Source: Lachnospiraceae bacterium UBA7093
GTDB taxonomy: Bacteria; Bacillota; Clostridia; Lachnospirales; Lachnospiraceae
Direction: 5' to 3'
Assembly (NCBI GenBank): GCA_002492465.1
Contig: DKYT01000019.1
Location: 40,815-104,814 of the forward strand
Length of the DNA: 64,000 nt
Shown: positions 10,357 through 20,597 of the stretch, piece after piece
How positions within the stretch are numbered: the first letter of the stretch is position 1
Layout of the letters: the number at the start of each line of letters is the position of its first letter
Position numbers and translations under genes: made by a program
Notes under the pieces: model-generated
What the model was told of the DNA's origin: nothing
The model's input: the letters and a program-made list of their open reading frames with translations, nothing else
Database searches by the model: none

Positions 10357-11205
10357 ATGAAAAAATTTTCACAGATGGCAATTCCATATATTGTATGGGC
10401 TATGATGATGCTGGTGCTCCCCATGGCGCTGGTTGCCTTGTATTCCTTTACCCAGCCGGGGAACAGTATTGTTTCTTTTTCTGTTACGCTGGATCATTAT
10501 GTGCGGTTTTTTACAGATCAGGATTTTCTTCTGATTCTCTGGCGGTCTCTTTGGATCGCAGTAAAAACCACGGTAATCTGTCTGCTGATCGGCTATCCTG
10601 CGGCATATTATATTTCACGCTGCAAAGAGCGGCTGCAGAATGGGCTGGTGCTTTGTATTACCATTCCCATGTGGATTAATATGCTGGTAAGGACTTATGC
10701 ATGGATCGGGCTTTTAAGCGAGGGAGGACTGATACAAAGGCTTTTGGGAATTCTGGGACTGGGAAACAGAGAGCTTTTATACACCGAGGGGGCAGTGCTT
10801 TTGGGAATGGTATACAATTTCCTCCCATTTATGATTTTGCAGATCCATACGGCTTTGTGTAAGATGGATTATTCTCTTTTGGAAGCCGCTGCAGATCTGG
10901 GAGCAAACCCTGCAAAGACCTTTCAGAGAGTTACATTACCCCTTTCTCTGCCTGGTGTTATCAATGGCATTACTCTGGTGTTTCTTCCCGCCGTCAGCTC
11001 CTTTTTCATCCCCAAGCTATTAGGGGGAGGGAAATATTTTCTCATCGGAAATGTGATTGAGAATCAGTTTATCACCGTAGGAGAATGGAATTTTGGCAGC
11101 GCCATATCCATGATTATGGCGGTTGTCATGATGCTTCTTATGATGTGCGTGCATAAGGTGGAGGCGCGCAACCAGGGAGGAAGAGAGAAAGAGCAGGCAA
11201 TATGA
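10357..11205 (+). CDS. potB: Spermidine/putrescine ABC permease
   Basis: PMWINMLVRTYAW, EAA loop LLEAAADLGA. Confidence 0.9.
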   Translation: MKKFSQMAIPYIVWAMMMLVLPMALVALYSFTQPGNSIVSFSVTLDHYVRFFTDQDFLLILWRSLWIAVKTTVICLLIGYPAAYYISRCKERLQNGLVLCITIPMWINMLVRTYAWIGLLSEGGLIQRLLGILGLGNRELLYTEGAVLLGMVYNFLPFMILQIHTALCKMDYSLLEAAADLGANPAKTFQRVTLPLSLPGVINGITLVFLPAVSSFFIPKLLGGGKYFLIGNVIENQFITVGEWNFGSAISMIMAVVMMLLMMCVHKVEARNQGGREKEQAI

Positions 11206-13091
11206 AAAAAGAAAAGAATTTTATAGGAAAAATACTGGTCATTTTAGTGATTGTTTTCTTCTATCTTCCCATTTTTTATATGATTGTGTTTTCCTTTAAC
11301 GAGGGGAAATCCCTGACCGGTTTTACAGGATTTTCCCTGCGCTGGTATAAGCATATGTTTGAAAAGGGAGATATGCTGGAGGCTCTGTATACTACCTTCA
11401 GCATTGCTTTGATTGCAACCTTTGTCTCTACCTTTGTGGGAACGCTTTCCGCTATCGGTTTAAGCAAGTCGAAAAAGCTGATCCGTGACCTGATGGAGCA
11501 GGTGGACAATCTGCCTATGATGAATCCGGAGATGGTGACGGCAATAGGATTTATGCTTTTGTTTATTACTTTTGGGGTAGAAAAGGGTTATATGACTATG
11601 CTTCTCGCCCATATTGCTTTTTGCATTCCCTATGTGATTCTTTCCGTTATGCCAAAGATCCGCTCTCTGGACCCCAATCTGGCGGATGCGGCAATGGATC
11701 TGGGGGCTACGCCCTGGCAGGCGTTGGTTAAGGTTATCATACCGCAGATTACGCCGGGTATTGTAGCAGGAGCGTTGATTGCCTTTACCATGTCGGTGGA
11801 TGATTTCATTATTTCCTATTTCGTCACAGGTAATGGGGTGAAGAATTTAAGTATTATGGTTTATACTATGAGCAAGCGGGTGAATCCCAGCATCAATGCG
11901 GTTTCTACCATGATGATTCTTGTGATCTCCGTGGTATTGATTATGATCAATGTGGTACCTTTGGTCATGGCAAAAAGGCAGAAGAAAACAGGGAAAAAGA
12001 GGAAAATGCTGGTTCCGGCGGTGATGATCTGCGTCGGTATAGCAGGAGCCGCAATCTTCCTAATGTCCGGCGGCGTGCAGAAGAGTCGTCCCTTTGAAGG
12101 GCAGACACTGTATATTTATAATTGGGGGGAATATACCGGTGAAAATATTATCGCTGATTTTGAGGAGTATACCGGCGCTAAAGTAATTATGGATTTTTTT
12201 GACTCCAATGAGCAGATGTATATTAAAGTGGCGAATGAGGAAGCCTATGATATTCTTGTGCCAAGCGATTATATGATCCAGCGGTTGATTTCCGAGGGAT
12301 ATTTGCAGAAACTGGACGTTTCTAAGCTGGATTGTATGGATAAGCTGACGGATGCGGTAAAGAATCTTCCTTATGATCCCCATAATGAATATTCTGTTCC
12401 GTATTTTTGGGGAAATGTGGGAATTGTGTATGATAAAAACAAGGTGGAGCTTCAGGATTTAGAGCAGGAGGGCTACAATATCTTTTTAAATGAAAAGTAT
12501 CAAGGGGATATTTACCTGTATGATTCGGAACGGGACAGCTTTATGATGGCGTTAAAGGCGTTGGGCTATTCTATGAACACAGAGGATCGGGAAGAACTGA
12601 ACCAGGCATATGAGTGGCTGGTGAAATGTGTGCAGACCATGAAGCCGGAGATAGTCACAGATGAAATCATTGACAATATGGCACAGGGAAGAAAGTCATT
12701 GGCGCTTATGTATTCCGGAGATGCCGCGTATGTTATGGTCGAGAATGAGGATATGGGATTTTATCTTCCGGAAAGTGGGACAAATCTGTGGTCCGACGCA
12801 ATGGTGATTCCCCAAAATGCAAAAAATCCGGAGCTTGCCCATGCGTTTATCAATTTTGCCAGCGATTATAACGGCGCCTATGATAATTCCAGCTATGTGG
12901 GCTATACTTCCGCAAATCAGGAGGTTATGGAGGATCTTTCCGGTGAAGGAGGAGAATTTGAGGGAATCAGCGCATATATTCCCAGAAGCGATTATGAGCT
13001 GGACGAGGTGTTTGTTTACAACGAAAGGATCAGAAAGGATATCAGCAACCTGTGGAGCAAGGTGAAAATTGCGGCGAGCAATGCAAATTAG
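11202..13091 (+). CDS. Fused polyamine ABC permease (PotC) and substrate-binding protein (PotD)
   Basis: N-half: FSFN, SLRWY, DAAMDLGA, SVDDF. C-half: YNWGEY, FDSNEQMY, PSDYMI, PYFWG, YSGDA, NLWSD. Confidence 0.9.
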   Translation: MKKEKNFIGKILVILVIVFFYLPIFYMIVFSFNEGKSLTGFTGFSLRWYKHMFEKGDMLEALYTTFSIALIATFVSTFVGTLSAIGLSKSKKLIRDLMEQVDNLPMMNPEMVTAIGFMLLFITFGVEKGYMTMLLAHIAFCIPYVILSVMPKIRSLDPNLADAAMDLGATPWQALVKVIIPQITPGIVAGALIAFTMSVDDFIISYFVTGNGVKNLSIMVYTMSKRVNPSINAVSTMMILVISVVLIMINVVPLVMAKRQKKTGKKRKMLVPAVMICVGIAGAAIFLMSGGVQKSRPFEGQTLYIYNWGEYTGENIIADFEEYTGAKVIMDFFDSNEQMYIKVANEEAYDILVPSDYMIQRLISEGYLQKLDVSKLDCMDKLTDAVKNLPYDPHNEYSVPYFWGNVGIVYDKNKVELQDLEQEGYNIFLNEKYQGDIYLYDSERDSFMMALKALGYSMNTEDREELNQAYEWLVKCVQTMKPEIVTDEIIDNMAQGRKSLALMYSGDAAYVMVENEDMGFYLPESGTNLWSDAMVIPQNAKNPELAHAFINFASDYNGAYDNSSYVGYTSANQEVMEDLSGEGGEFEGISAYIPRSDYELDEVFVYNERIRKDISNLWSKVKIAASNAN

Positions 13092-13094
13092 AGT

Positions 13095-14294
13095 GTGAAT
13101 GGAGGAAAAATGGGAGAAAAAAATCTGGATTTTGATACCATAATTGACAGAAAAAATACAAATTCTTTAAAGTATGATTTTGCGGAAAAAAACGGAATGC
13201 CCGGAGATATACTGCCTCTTTGGGTGGCGGATATGGATTTCAGAATTTCCTCCTACATACAGGAGGCGGTGAAAAAACAGGCGGAGCATGGGATATTCGG
13301 TTATAGTGACGCCGGGGAAGGCTATTTTGAGGCGGTGCAGTCCTGGCTTCATAAGCATTATCATTGGCAGGTGTCAAGAGAATGGCTGGTGAATACGCCG
13401 GGAGTGGTGTTCGCCCTTGCCACTGCGGTGAAGGCGTTTACCAGTGAAGGAGAAGGAGTTTTAATTCAGCAGCCGGTTTATTACCCTTTTCAAAAAGTAA
13501 TCGTTGAAAATAACAGAAAATTTTTAAATAGTCCTCTGATCTGTGATGAACGGGGGAGATACCATATGGATTTTCAGGACTTTGAGGAGAAGCTTATAAA
13601 AGAAAAGGTTAAGCTGTTTTTCCTCTGTAATCCCCATAATCCGGTGGGCAGGGTCTGGACTAGAGAAGAGCTTGAAAAAATTGGCGATTTATGTTTGAAA
13701 TACCATGTAATTGTGGTTAGTGATGAGATTCACGGAGATTTTGTGTGGGAGGGGATGCATCATACCTTTGCCAGTGTAAAAGAGGAATATCAGGAAATTT
13801 CTGTAATATGTACCGCGCCAAGTAAGACCTTTAATATTGCAGGGCTGCAGGTTTCCAATATTTTTATACCCAATGCCGGTCTGCGCAGACGGTTTCGGAG
13901 ACAGGTCAGCGCTTCCGGATATCATGAGTTGAATTCCGTGGGATATGCCGCCTGTGAAGCAGCGTATCGATATGGGGAAGAGTGGTATCAGGCAATGTGC
14001 CAATATGTAAAAGGCAATATTGTGTTTGCAGAAGAGTTTATTTCACAGCGCCTTCCCGGGATAAAAATGACAAAGCCGGAGGGAACCTATCTGATCTGGC
14101 TTGATTGCAGGGGACTTGGATTGTCTGAGGAAGAACTGGAAGAATTGATCGTTCATAAGGCTGGTTTGTGGCTGGATGGGGGATCTATGTTTGGGGAGAC
14201 GGGAGCAGGTTTTCAGAGGGTTAACGCTGCGTGTCCCAGGGCGACTTTGCAGAAAGCGCTGGAGAAGCTGGAACGAGCAATTGGTAGTTTGTAG
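13095..14294 (+). CDS. patB: PLP-dependent C-S lyase/aminotransferase, MalY/PatB family
   Basis: LPLWVADMDF, LCNPHNPVGRVW, SDEIH, APSKTFNIAGL. Confidence 0.9.
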   Translation: MNGGKMGEKNLDFDTIIDRKNTNSLKYDFAEKNGMPGDILPLWVADMDFRISSYIQEAVKKQAEHGIFGYSDAGEGYFEAVQSWLHKHYHWQVSREWLVNTPGVVFALATAVKAFTSEGEGVLIQQPVYYPFQKVIVENNRKFLNSPLICDERGRYHMDFQDFEEKLIKEKVKLFFLCNPHNPVGRVWTREELEKIGDLCLKYHVIVVSDEIHGDFVWEGMHHTFASVKEEYQEISVICTAPSKTFNIAGLQVSNIFIPNAGLRRRFRRQVSASGYHELNSVGYAACEAAYRYGEEWYQAMCQYVKGNIVFAEEFISQRLPGIKMTKPEGTYLIWLDCRGLGLSEEELEELIVHKAGLWLDGGSMFGETGAGFQRVNAACPRATLQKALEKLERAIGSL

Positions 14295-14304
14295 GTGTGA
14301 GAGG

Positions 14305-14334
14305 TCGGAATTTCTCAATTATGAGAAATTCCGA
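14305..14334 (+). terminator. Hairpin after patB
   Basis: TCGGAATTTCTCA-ATTA-TGAGAAATTCCGA, a perfect 13-bp stem. Confidence 0.6.
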
Positions 14335-14389
14335 TTCGATTATATTTTAATATAGTTGCCGTAAAGTATTGAGTAAATAAGGAGTCATC

Positions 14390-15625
14390 ATGAACAGAAA
14401 TTTCAGGTTCAATCTGGCAGGAAATATTGCATCAACCATGGCCGGGGTATTATATAATTTTTGCACCGGGCTGTTTATTCTTGATATAACCGGGAGCGCC
14501 CTTGCCATGTCGGTCTTTATGGGATATTCGATGGTTTTAGGATTGGTAGTCCAACCGTTGGCAGGGGTTTTTATTGAGAGGCGAGAAAAGGTGAAGATTA
14601 TGTATATCACGGATGGGATCTTTGCTTTCACCGATTTTTTGCTGGCGGGTTTGCTTTTTTCAACCAGTGTAAGTCATATTATTATGGTCGGGCTGTATAT
14701 GAATGCGACGGTTAATACAATCATGAATGCATTATTTGAACCTGCTTCTGCAGCGTTGATGCCGATGATTGTGGAGCAGAAAAAATTAACGAAAGCATAT
14801 TCTCTGCTTTCCATGGTCGGCAATTTTGCCAATATTTTTGCGACGCTGTTTGCGGCGGTTCTGTTTTCCCTGTTTCCATATCAATGGATACTTGTGATTA
14901 ACGGATGTCTGATAGGGATATCGGCGGTGTTTGAGTACTTCATTGTCGTAAATGAAAATATTGGTTTCAATGGGGCGGAAGGAAAGAAAACCCGTTACAT
15001 GTGGGATTTAAAGGAAGGCGTTGGTTACCTTAAGAATCAAAAAGTGCTGTTACAAATTTTATCCTGTGCGGTTATCATCAATTTTTTTATGAGTGGAATT
15101 TTTTCAACAACCCTGCCGTATTTGTATAATACCGCACTGGGATTGCCTGCGGTGTATCTTGCGACTATTGAAATTGCCATGTCTGTGGGGAGCATTCTGA
15201 TGGCGGCGCGGCTGACAAAAATCGAGATTAAAGATAAGGGGAAAAAGATCATAAAAGGATTTTCCGTGGTTTCAGCCATATTTTCCGGTATGCTTGCATG
15301 CTATATGCTTTTTGACATTGGAAGCATCAATGTGGCGGTTTTTCACGGGATATTTGTTATGGGGGCGTTCGTTTTCGGTCTTGTGCTGGCTGTTATCCAG
15401 ATTTCTACCAATATCATATATGCCTGTAATATAGAGCAAAAATATATGGGGAGGGTTATGGCGTTCAGAAAGACACTTTCAACCGCCACTATCCCATGCG
15501 CTATGATATTGTTTGGAATTTTGCTGGATTATTCCAATATAGGGCTGACATTTGCGCTGGCAGGCATCGGTGTTACAGCCGCCACGGTCTTTGTGCATAA
15601 ACAGAGGGAACTGGTGGAGCAGTAG
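14390..15625 (+). CDS. MFS transporter (macrolide-efflux/DHA3-like)
   Basis: About 12 TM segments; ITGSALAM, AGVFIERRE, YMGRVMAF. Confidence 0.8.
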   Translation: MNRNFRFNLAGNIASTMAGVLYNFCTGLFILDITGSALAMSVFMGYSMVLGLVVQPLAGVFIERREKVKIMYITDGIFAFTDFLLAGLLFSTSVSHIIMVGLYMNATVNTIMNALFEPASAALMPMIVEQKKLTKAYSLLSMVGNFANIFATLFAAVLFSLFPYQWILVINGCLIGISAVFEYFIVVNENIGFNGAEGKKTRYMWDLKEGVGYLKNQKVLLQILSCAVIINFFMSGIFSTTLPYLYNTALGLPAVYLATIEIAMSVGSILMAARLTKIEIKDKGKKIIKGFSVVSAIFSGMLACYMLFDIGSINVAVFHGIFVMGAFVFGLVLAVIQISTNIIYACNIEQKYMGRVMAFRKTLSTATIPCAMILFGILLDYSNIGLTFALAGIGVTAATVFVHKQRELVEQ

Positions 15626-15642
15626 GAAAAAATAAAATTTCC

Positions 15643-15670
15643 TTGACAATGTGGAAAAATCTGCTATAAT
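15643..15670 (+). promoter_or_regulatory. Sigma-A promoter of cysK
   Basis: TTGACA-N16-TATAAT with an extended -10 TG. Confidence 0.75.
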
Positions 15671-15681
15671 TTAAAACATAC

Positions 15682-15706
15682 TATTCATACTAAAACGGTA
15701 GGAATA
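15682..15706. promoter_or_regulatory. Candidate repressor operator (Rrf2/CymR-like)
   Basis: TATTCATAC-N7-GTAGGAATA, a 1-mismatch palindrome just downstream of the -10 box. Confidence 0.5.
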
Positions 15707-15732
15707 TAAAAGTGAGTAGAGGAGGAGAAATT

Positions 15733-16665
15733 ATGAGTAAGGTAAAAGAGAGTGCATTGGAACTGATCGGAAAGACGCCGATTTTGAAATTGAATCGCTA
15801 TGCCCAGAAGGCAGGAGTTAGTCAGGCTGTTATTCTTGCGAAGCTGGAGTATTTAAATCCGGCGGGATCTGTGAAAGACAGGGTAGCGCTTGCCATGGTG
15901 GAGGATGCGGAAGAAAAGGGGATCTTGAAACCGGGAGCTACGATTATTGAGCCTACCTCGGGAAATACGGGCATTGGTCTTGCCATGGTAGCGGCGGCAA
16001 AGGGATATAAGGCAATTCTGACTTTGCCGGATACCATGAGCGTTGAACGGAGAAACCTGCTGGGCGCTTATGGGGCACAGCTGGTGCTGACGGAAGGGGC
16101 TAAAGGAATGAAGGGAGCCATCGAAAAGGCGAATGAGTTGAAAGAAACTATTCCCGGTGCTGTGATTTTGGGGCAGTTTGTGAATCCGGCAAATCCTGAG
16201 GCGCACAGAAATACCACGGGACCTGAGATCTGGGAGCAGACGGAGGGAAAGGTAGATATTTTTGTGGCAGGAGTGGGAACCGGAGGAACCGTTACGGGAG
16301 TAGGTGAGTATCTGAAAGCGCAAAATCCCAATGTAAAGATCGTTGCAGTGGAGCCGGAAACAAGCCCGGTTTTGTCCAAGGGGACTGCAGGGGCGCACAA
16401 GATCCAGGGAATTGGAGCAGGGTTTGTGCCTGAGATTTTGAATACGGAAATATACGATGAGATCATTGCCATAAAAAATGAGGATGCGTTTGCGGAAGGA
16501 AAGGCGTTTGCAGTAAGCGAGGGAATTCTGGTGGGCATTTCCTCAGGGGCGGCGCTGAAGGCGGCGTCTATTCTGGCAAAGAGACCGGAGAATGCGGGAA
16601 AAGTGATTGTTGCTCTTTTGCCTGATTCCGGGGACAGGTATCTTTCCACGCCGTTGTTTGCTTAA
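15733..16665 (+). CDS. cysK: Cysteine synthase A
   Basis: [52 protein letters not shown]. Confidence 0.96.
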   Translation: MSKVKESALELIGKTPILKLNRYAQKAGVSQAVILAKLEYLNPAGSVKDRVALAMVEDAEEKGILKPGATIIEPTSGNTGIGLAMVAAAKGYKAILTLPDTMSVERRNLLGAYGAQLVLTEGAKGMKGAIEKANELKETIPGAVILGQFVNPANPEAHRNTTGPEIWEQTEGKVDIFVAGVGTGGTVTGVGEYLKAQNPNVKIVAVEPETSPVLSKGTAGAHKIQGIGAGFVPEILNTEIYDEIIAIKNEDAFAEGKAFAVSEGILVGISSGAALKAASILAKRPENAGKVIVALLPDSGDRYLSTPLFA

Positions 16666-16775
16666 ATTGATATAAATGAATTATAGTTTGTAAAAATCAC
16701 ATTGCGGTGTCAGCAAAAGCATGATATAGTTAAAATAATTCAAAATAAGTTTCAAAACAGAGGCGGTAAAGTGTC

Positions 16776-17846
16776 ATGTCACTGACGAATAAGGCAAGAG
16801 AAAGCATAAAATGGCATATACTTGAGAAAATATACTATAGAAGCCCTGCTATTATTGCGTCAACAGCTGAAAGCTATGGCGTTTCAAGGACAACTGTAAA
16901 AAGATACCTTGATGAGATGGAGCGGGATGGAATAATAGAACGATGCGAAAATAAATCATACAAATGGCAATTAAAAGAGATAAGAAAAGCCTTTTTTGTA
17001 TATTATCCTCAAGAAGTAAAGTTAGAAGAAGATAGAATTTTTGAAGTTGATGTTTTGCCTTTACTAAATGATTTGCCGGAAAGCGTTGTGAAAATTTGGA
17101 GTTATGCTTTCTGCGAAATTATGAACAATGCAATTGAGCATTCAAAAGCAGAAAAAATCAGAGTTTCTGTTAGCTCAAATGTTCTTTTTACGCATATTTT
17201 TATAACTGACGATGGCATAGGAATTTTTGAGAATATAAGAGAATATATATCAAGAACTACCAAAGCAGATATATCGTTGGATGATGCAATGTCCATACTG
17301 TTCATAGGCAAGATGACAACAGATAAAGAAAATCATTCAGGTGAGGGTATATTTTTTACATCACGTTCAGTAGACAGATTTTACATATTTTCATCAAACC
17401 GGATATTTGTGCATGAGGCATATGATAAAAACTCTGCTGCTGATATACGCACGATAGATAGGGACTCAAGAAAGATCATGGAAGATGAAAAGGGAACTTT
17501 TGTAACAATGGAACTGTGGAATAATTCAAAACGGCAGTTGAAAGAGGTTTTTGACATGTTTTCATCTGATGAAAGAGGTTTTTATAAAACACAAATACCT
17601 ATAAAAAGTGCAATACCCAGCGCTTTTCCAGTTTCAAGATCTCAGGCAAGAAGATTATGTAGTGGGTTTGATAAGTTTGAGGAAATAGAACTGGACTTTG
17701 ATGGAATAGATGATGTGGGAAGAGCATTTGTACATGAAATATTTTTTGTTTTTAAATCGAAGCATCCAGAGATTGAGATAAAAATAAAAAATGCAAATGA
17801 CAATGTGCTCAGTGTGATCAATCAAGTAAAAAGTACCGTTATTTAG
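16776..17846 (+). CDS. HTH + HATPase_c + STAS-like (DUF4325-type) protein
   Basis: N-terminal HTH (YGVSRTTVKRYL), EIMNNAIEHS/DDGIGI/GEGIFF, C-terminal SRSQARRL...LDFDGI...AFVHEIF; visibly AT-richer than its neighbours. Confidence 0.75.
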   Translation: MSLTNKARESIKWHILEKIYYRSPAIIASTAESYGVSRTTVKRYLDEMERDGIIERCENKSYKWQLKEIRKAFFVYYPQEVKLEEDRIFEVDVLPLLNDLPESVVKIWSYAFCEIMNNAIEHSKAEKIRVSVSSNVLFTHIFITDDGIGIFENIREYISRTTKADISLDDAMSILFIGKMTTDKENHSGEGIFFTSRSVDRFYIFSSNRIFVHEAYDKNSAADIRTIDRDSRKIMEDEKGTFVTMELWNNSKRQLKEVFDMFSSDERGFYKTQIPIKSAIPSAFPVSRSQARRLCSGFDKFEEIELDFDGIDDVGRAFVHEIFFVFKSKHPEIEIKIKNANDNVLSVINQVKSTVI

Positions 17847-17906
17847 TTCCGAATTTCAATGCCGGTTTGAAATTTCCCTTTTTAATCGACATACCTTCTG
17901 AAAATA

Positions 17907-17935
17907 TTGACATTTTTATACAGTAACAGTATAAT
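17907..17935 (+). promoter_or_regulatory. Sigma-A promoter of the peptide ABC operon
   Basis: Perfect TTGACA-N17-TATAAT. Confidence 0.8.
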
Positions 17936-18001
17936 GAACCAACTGTGAAAATCAATGCCGGGTGTTAAAAGCAGCCGGTATTGTATGATGGAGGAGATAT
18001 T

Positions 18002-19600
18002 ATGAAGGAATTTATGAGAAAGATACTTGGTCTTTCTCTGGCGGCAGCGCTTGTCTTTTCCCTTGCGGGATGTGGCGCGAAGGAAGAAGCCGGAGGGAAG
18101 ATCGTAAATGTAGGCGTAACAGATTCCCTGGGAGGATTGAATCCTTTTGTGATCGATCAGACGGAAATTAATAAATATGCAGTGGGATTGATGTTTTTGC
18201 CGCTGATGGAATTGGACAGCGAGTTGAACTTTCAGGGAATGCTGGCGGATTCCGTTACTACGGAGGATAATATTCACTTTGTGGTGCATATTAATGACGA
18301 AGCTGTATGGTCAGACGGAACGCCGGTTACGGCGGAGGATTTGGAATACACGGTTCGCCGCCTTGCAAGTCCTGTTGTGAATAATACAACGTTGATGCTC
18401 TATGCCTTTGAAGGCATAGGGGACGACGGATTTGTAGAAGAGGGAGCCGAGAGCGTTGCAGGCATCCGAATCCTTGACGATAAGACGGTGGAATTTACGT
18501 CCAAATACCCTATGGCGCTTACCACCTTTGAAAACACCTATGCAAGATATCTTCACACTATGCCCAAGCATGTGATCGAGCAGTTCAGCGAGGAAGAGCT
18601 TTTGACGGCGGATTGGTTCAACCATCCGGATGTAATCAACGGTCCTTTTCTTTTAACGGGATTTGACAATGATCACTATATTTCCTATGAGGCAAATGAG
18701 AGCTATTGGAAAGGAGCGCCTAAAATTGATAAGCTGAACATCAGGATCGTGGATGCAAGCCAGATTTATGCAGGTCTTCAGTCGGGTGAGATCGATATAA
18801 CCCATCACACCATGACGGCGATTCCACAGGAGGATTTTGAGAGCATAGAAGCCCTTGAGAATGTGGAGACGGTATATGGCGCGCCTATTACCAATCAGTC
18901 GGCGTTTATCCAGACGGCAAATATTCCCGATGCAAGAGTCCGCCAGGCGCTTGTGTATGCCATTGACAGACAGCAGCTGGTAGATCAGCTGTTAAAGGGA
19001 CACGGGGAGGTAGTGGACGGTTTTCTATCCTCGGCGAGCCCCTTCTTCAGCGAAGAAGTGACGCCGATTCCCTATGACCCTGAAAAGGCAAAAGCATTAT
19101 TGGAGGAAGCGGGATGGGACGGTTCCCAGACCCTTCGGTTTTATGTGAATTCCGGCGACAGCACTTTTGTAAACGGAGCCCAGGTGCTGGTGGCACAGTG
19201 GGCGGCAGTGGGTATCAATGTGGAAGTTCAGACCGTTGACCTGGCAACCCTTATGACGGTTGCAGGATCTACAGATTATGATATTCTCGCAGTCCAGTAT
19301 ACCTATGCGCCTGTGGATCCCTATCCGGATGTAGACTGGCTGCTGAGCGGCGAGGGAAGCTGGACCGGTTATCACAGCGATGAGATTAGTGAAGCCCTTG
19401 CGGGAACCCAGCAGACCAGCGATATTGAGAAGATCAAGGAGCTTTATGCTGTTGTAGATAAAAAGGTTCAGGAGGATGTTCCTATGTTCTCCGCTTACAT
19501 TATCAGCGCCCAGGGTGCAGTGAGCAAGCGTTTAAGCGGCGCAGCGCCCAGCGCATATGGATTCTTTAATAACGTACAGAATTGGGACGTGGCAGAATAA
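18002..19600 (+). CDS. oppA: Family-5 (peptide/nickel) ABC substrate-binding lipoprotein
   Basis: Lipobox LAGC, WSDGTPVTAED, VRQALVYAIDR. Confidence 0.88.
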   Translation: MKEFMRKILGLSLAAALVFSLAGCGAKEEAGGKIVNVGVTDSLGGLNPFVIDQTEINKYAVGLMFLPLMELDSELNFQGMLADSVTTEDNIHFVVHINDEAVWSDGTPVTAEDLEYTVRRLASPVVNNTTLMLYAFEGIGDDGFVEEGAESVAGIRILDDKTVEFTSKYPMALTTFENTYARYLHTMPKHVIEQFSEEELLTADWFNHPDVINGPFLLTGFDNDHYISYEANESYWKGAPKIDKLNIRIVDASQIYAGLQSGEIDITHHTMTAIPQEDFESIEALENVETVYGAPITNQSAFIQTANIPDARVRQALVYAIDRQQLVDQLLKGHGEVVDGFLSSASPFFSEEVTPIPYDPEKAKALLEEAGWDGSQTLRFYVNSGDSTFVNGAQVLVAQWAAVGINVEVQTVDLATLMTVAGSTDYDILAVQYTYAPVDPYPDVDWLLSGEGSWTGYHSDEISEALAGTQQTSDIEKIKELYAVVDKKVQEDVPMFSAYIISAQGAVSKRLSGAAPSAYGFFNNVQNWDVAE

Positions 19601-19616
19601 ATGGTGAGGAGAAGCG

Positions 19617-20597
19617 ATGTCACATTTATTGGAAGTACAGGGGCTGACCACCGCCTTTAAAGGTGATTACGGAGAAAATATCAGCGTAGATCATATTCAC
19701 TTTCACGTAGATGAAGGAGAAGTTGTCTGCATTGTGGGCGAATCCGGATGTGGAAAAAGTGTAACTTCATTATCGATTATGGGATTATTAGGAAGGGGCG
19801 GAGCCGTTACAGACGGCTCTGTCTTCTTTGCTGGTAAGAACCTTCTTTCCATGACTGAAAAAGAGCTGGATCAGATCAGAGGAGATCAAATGACCATGAT
19901 ATTCCAGGATCCACTCACTTCCCTGAATCCTGTGTTTACAGTGGGAAGTCAAATTACGGAAAGTATCCGCGCCCATATGCATTTGTCAAAGGCAGATGCC
20001 GTAAAAAGAGCCGAACAGCTGTTGGGAAAGGTGGGAATGCCGGATCCCCATGGGATTATGAAAAAGTATCCCCATACCCTTTCCGGTGGAATGCGCCAGA
20101 GAGTGATGATTGCCATGGCGCTATCCTGTAACCCCAGGCTGCTGATTGCAGATGAACCGACCACGGCGCTGGATGTGACCATACAGGCGCAGATTATGGA
20201 ACTGCTTGGGGAACTGCAAAAGGAAACGGGAATGTCTATGATTCTGATTACCCATGACATCGGACTGGTTGCCAATATGGCGGATCGGGTTCTTGTGATG
20301 TATGCAGGTCAGATTATTGAAGAGGCTCCGGTGAAAGAGCTGTTTCAAAACCCCAGACACCCTTACACCAGAGCGCTGCTTGACACGGTTCCCACCATAC
20401 GGGATGATAAGGACAGACAATTGGTGTCTATCCCCGGTATTGTGCCGGAAAGCTATGACCGTATAGAAGGGTGCCGGTTTGCGGATCGGTGCCGGTACAG
20501 AAGAGCGGAGTGTGACAGGCGGCAGGAGGATTACCAGTTTGCGCCTCACCATACAGGGAAATGTATCGTCATGAAGGAAGGGGGAATACCTTTATGA
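19617..20597 (+). CDS. oppD: Oligopeptide ABC ATPase
   Basis: [26 protein letters not shown]-terminal Cys cluster. Confidence 0.9.
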   Translation: MSHLLEVQGLTTAFKGDYGENISVDHIHFHVDEGEVVCIVGESGCGKSVTSLSIMGLLGRGGAVTDGSVFFAGKNLLSMTEKELDQIRGDQMTMIFQDPLTSLNPVFTVGSQITESIRAHMHLSKADAVKRAEQLLGKVGMPDPHGIMKKYPHTLSGGMRQRVMIAMALSCNPRLLIADEPTTALDVTIQAQIMELLGELQKETGMSMILITHDIGLVANMADRVLVMYAGQIIEEAPVKELFQNPRHPYTRALLDTVPTIRDDKDRQLVSIPGIVPESYDRIEGCRFADRCRYRRAECDRRQEDYQFAPHHTGKCIVMKEGGIPL

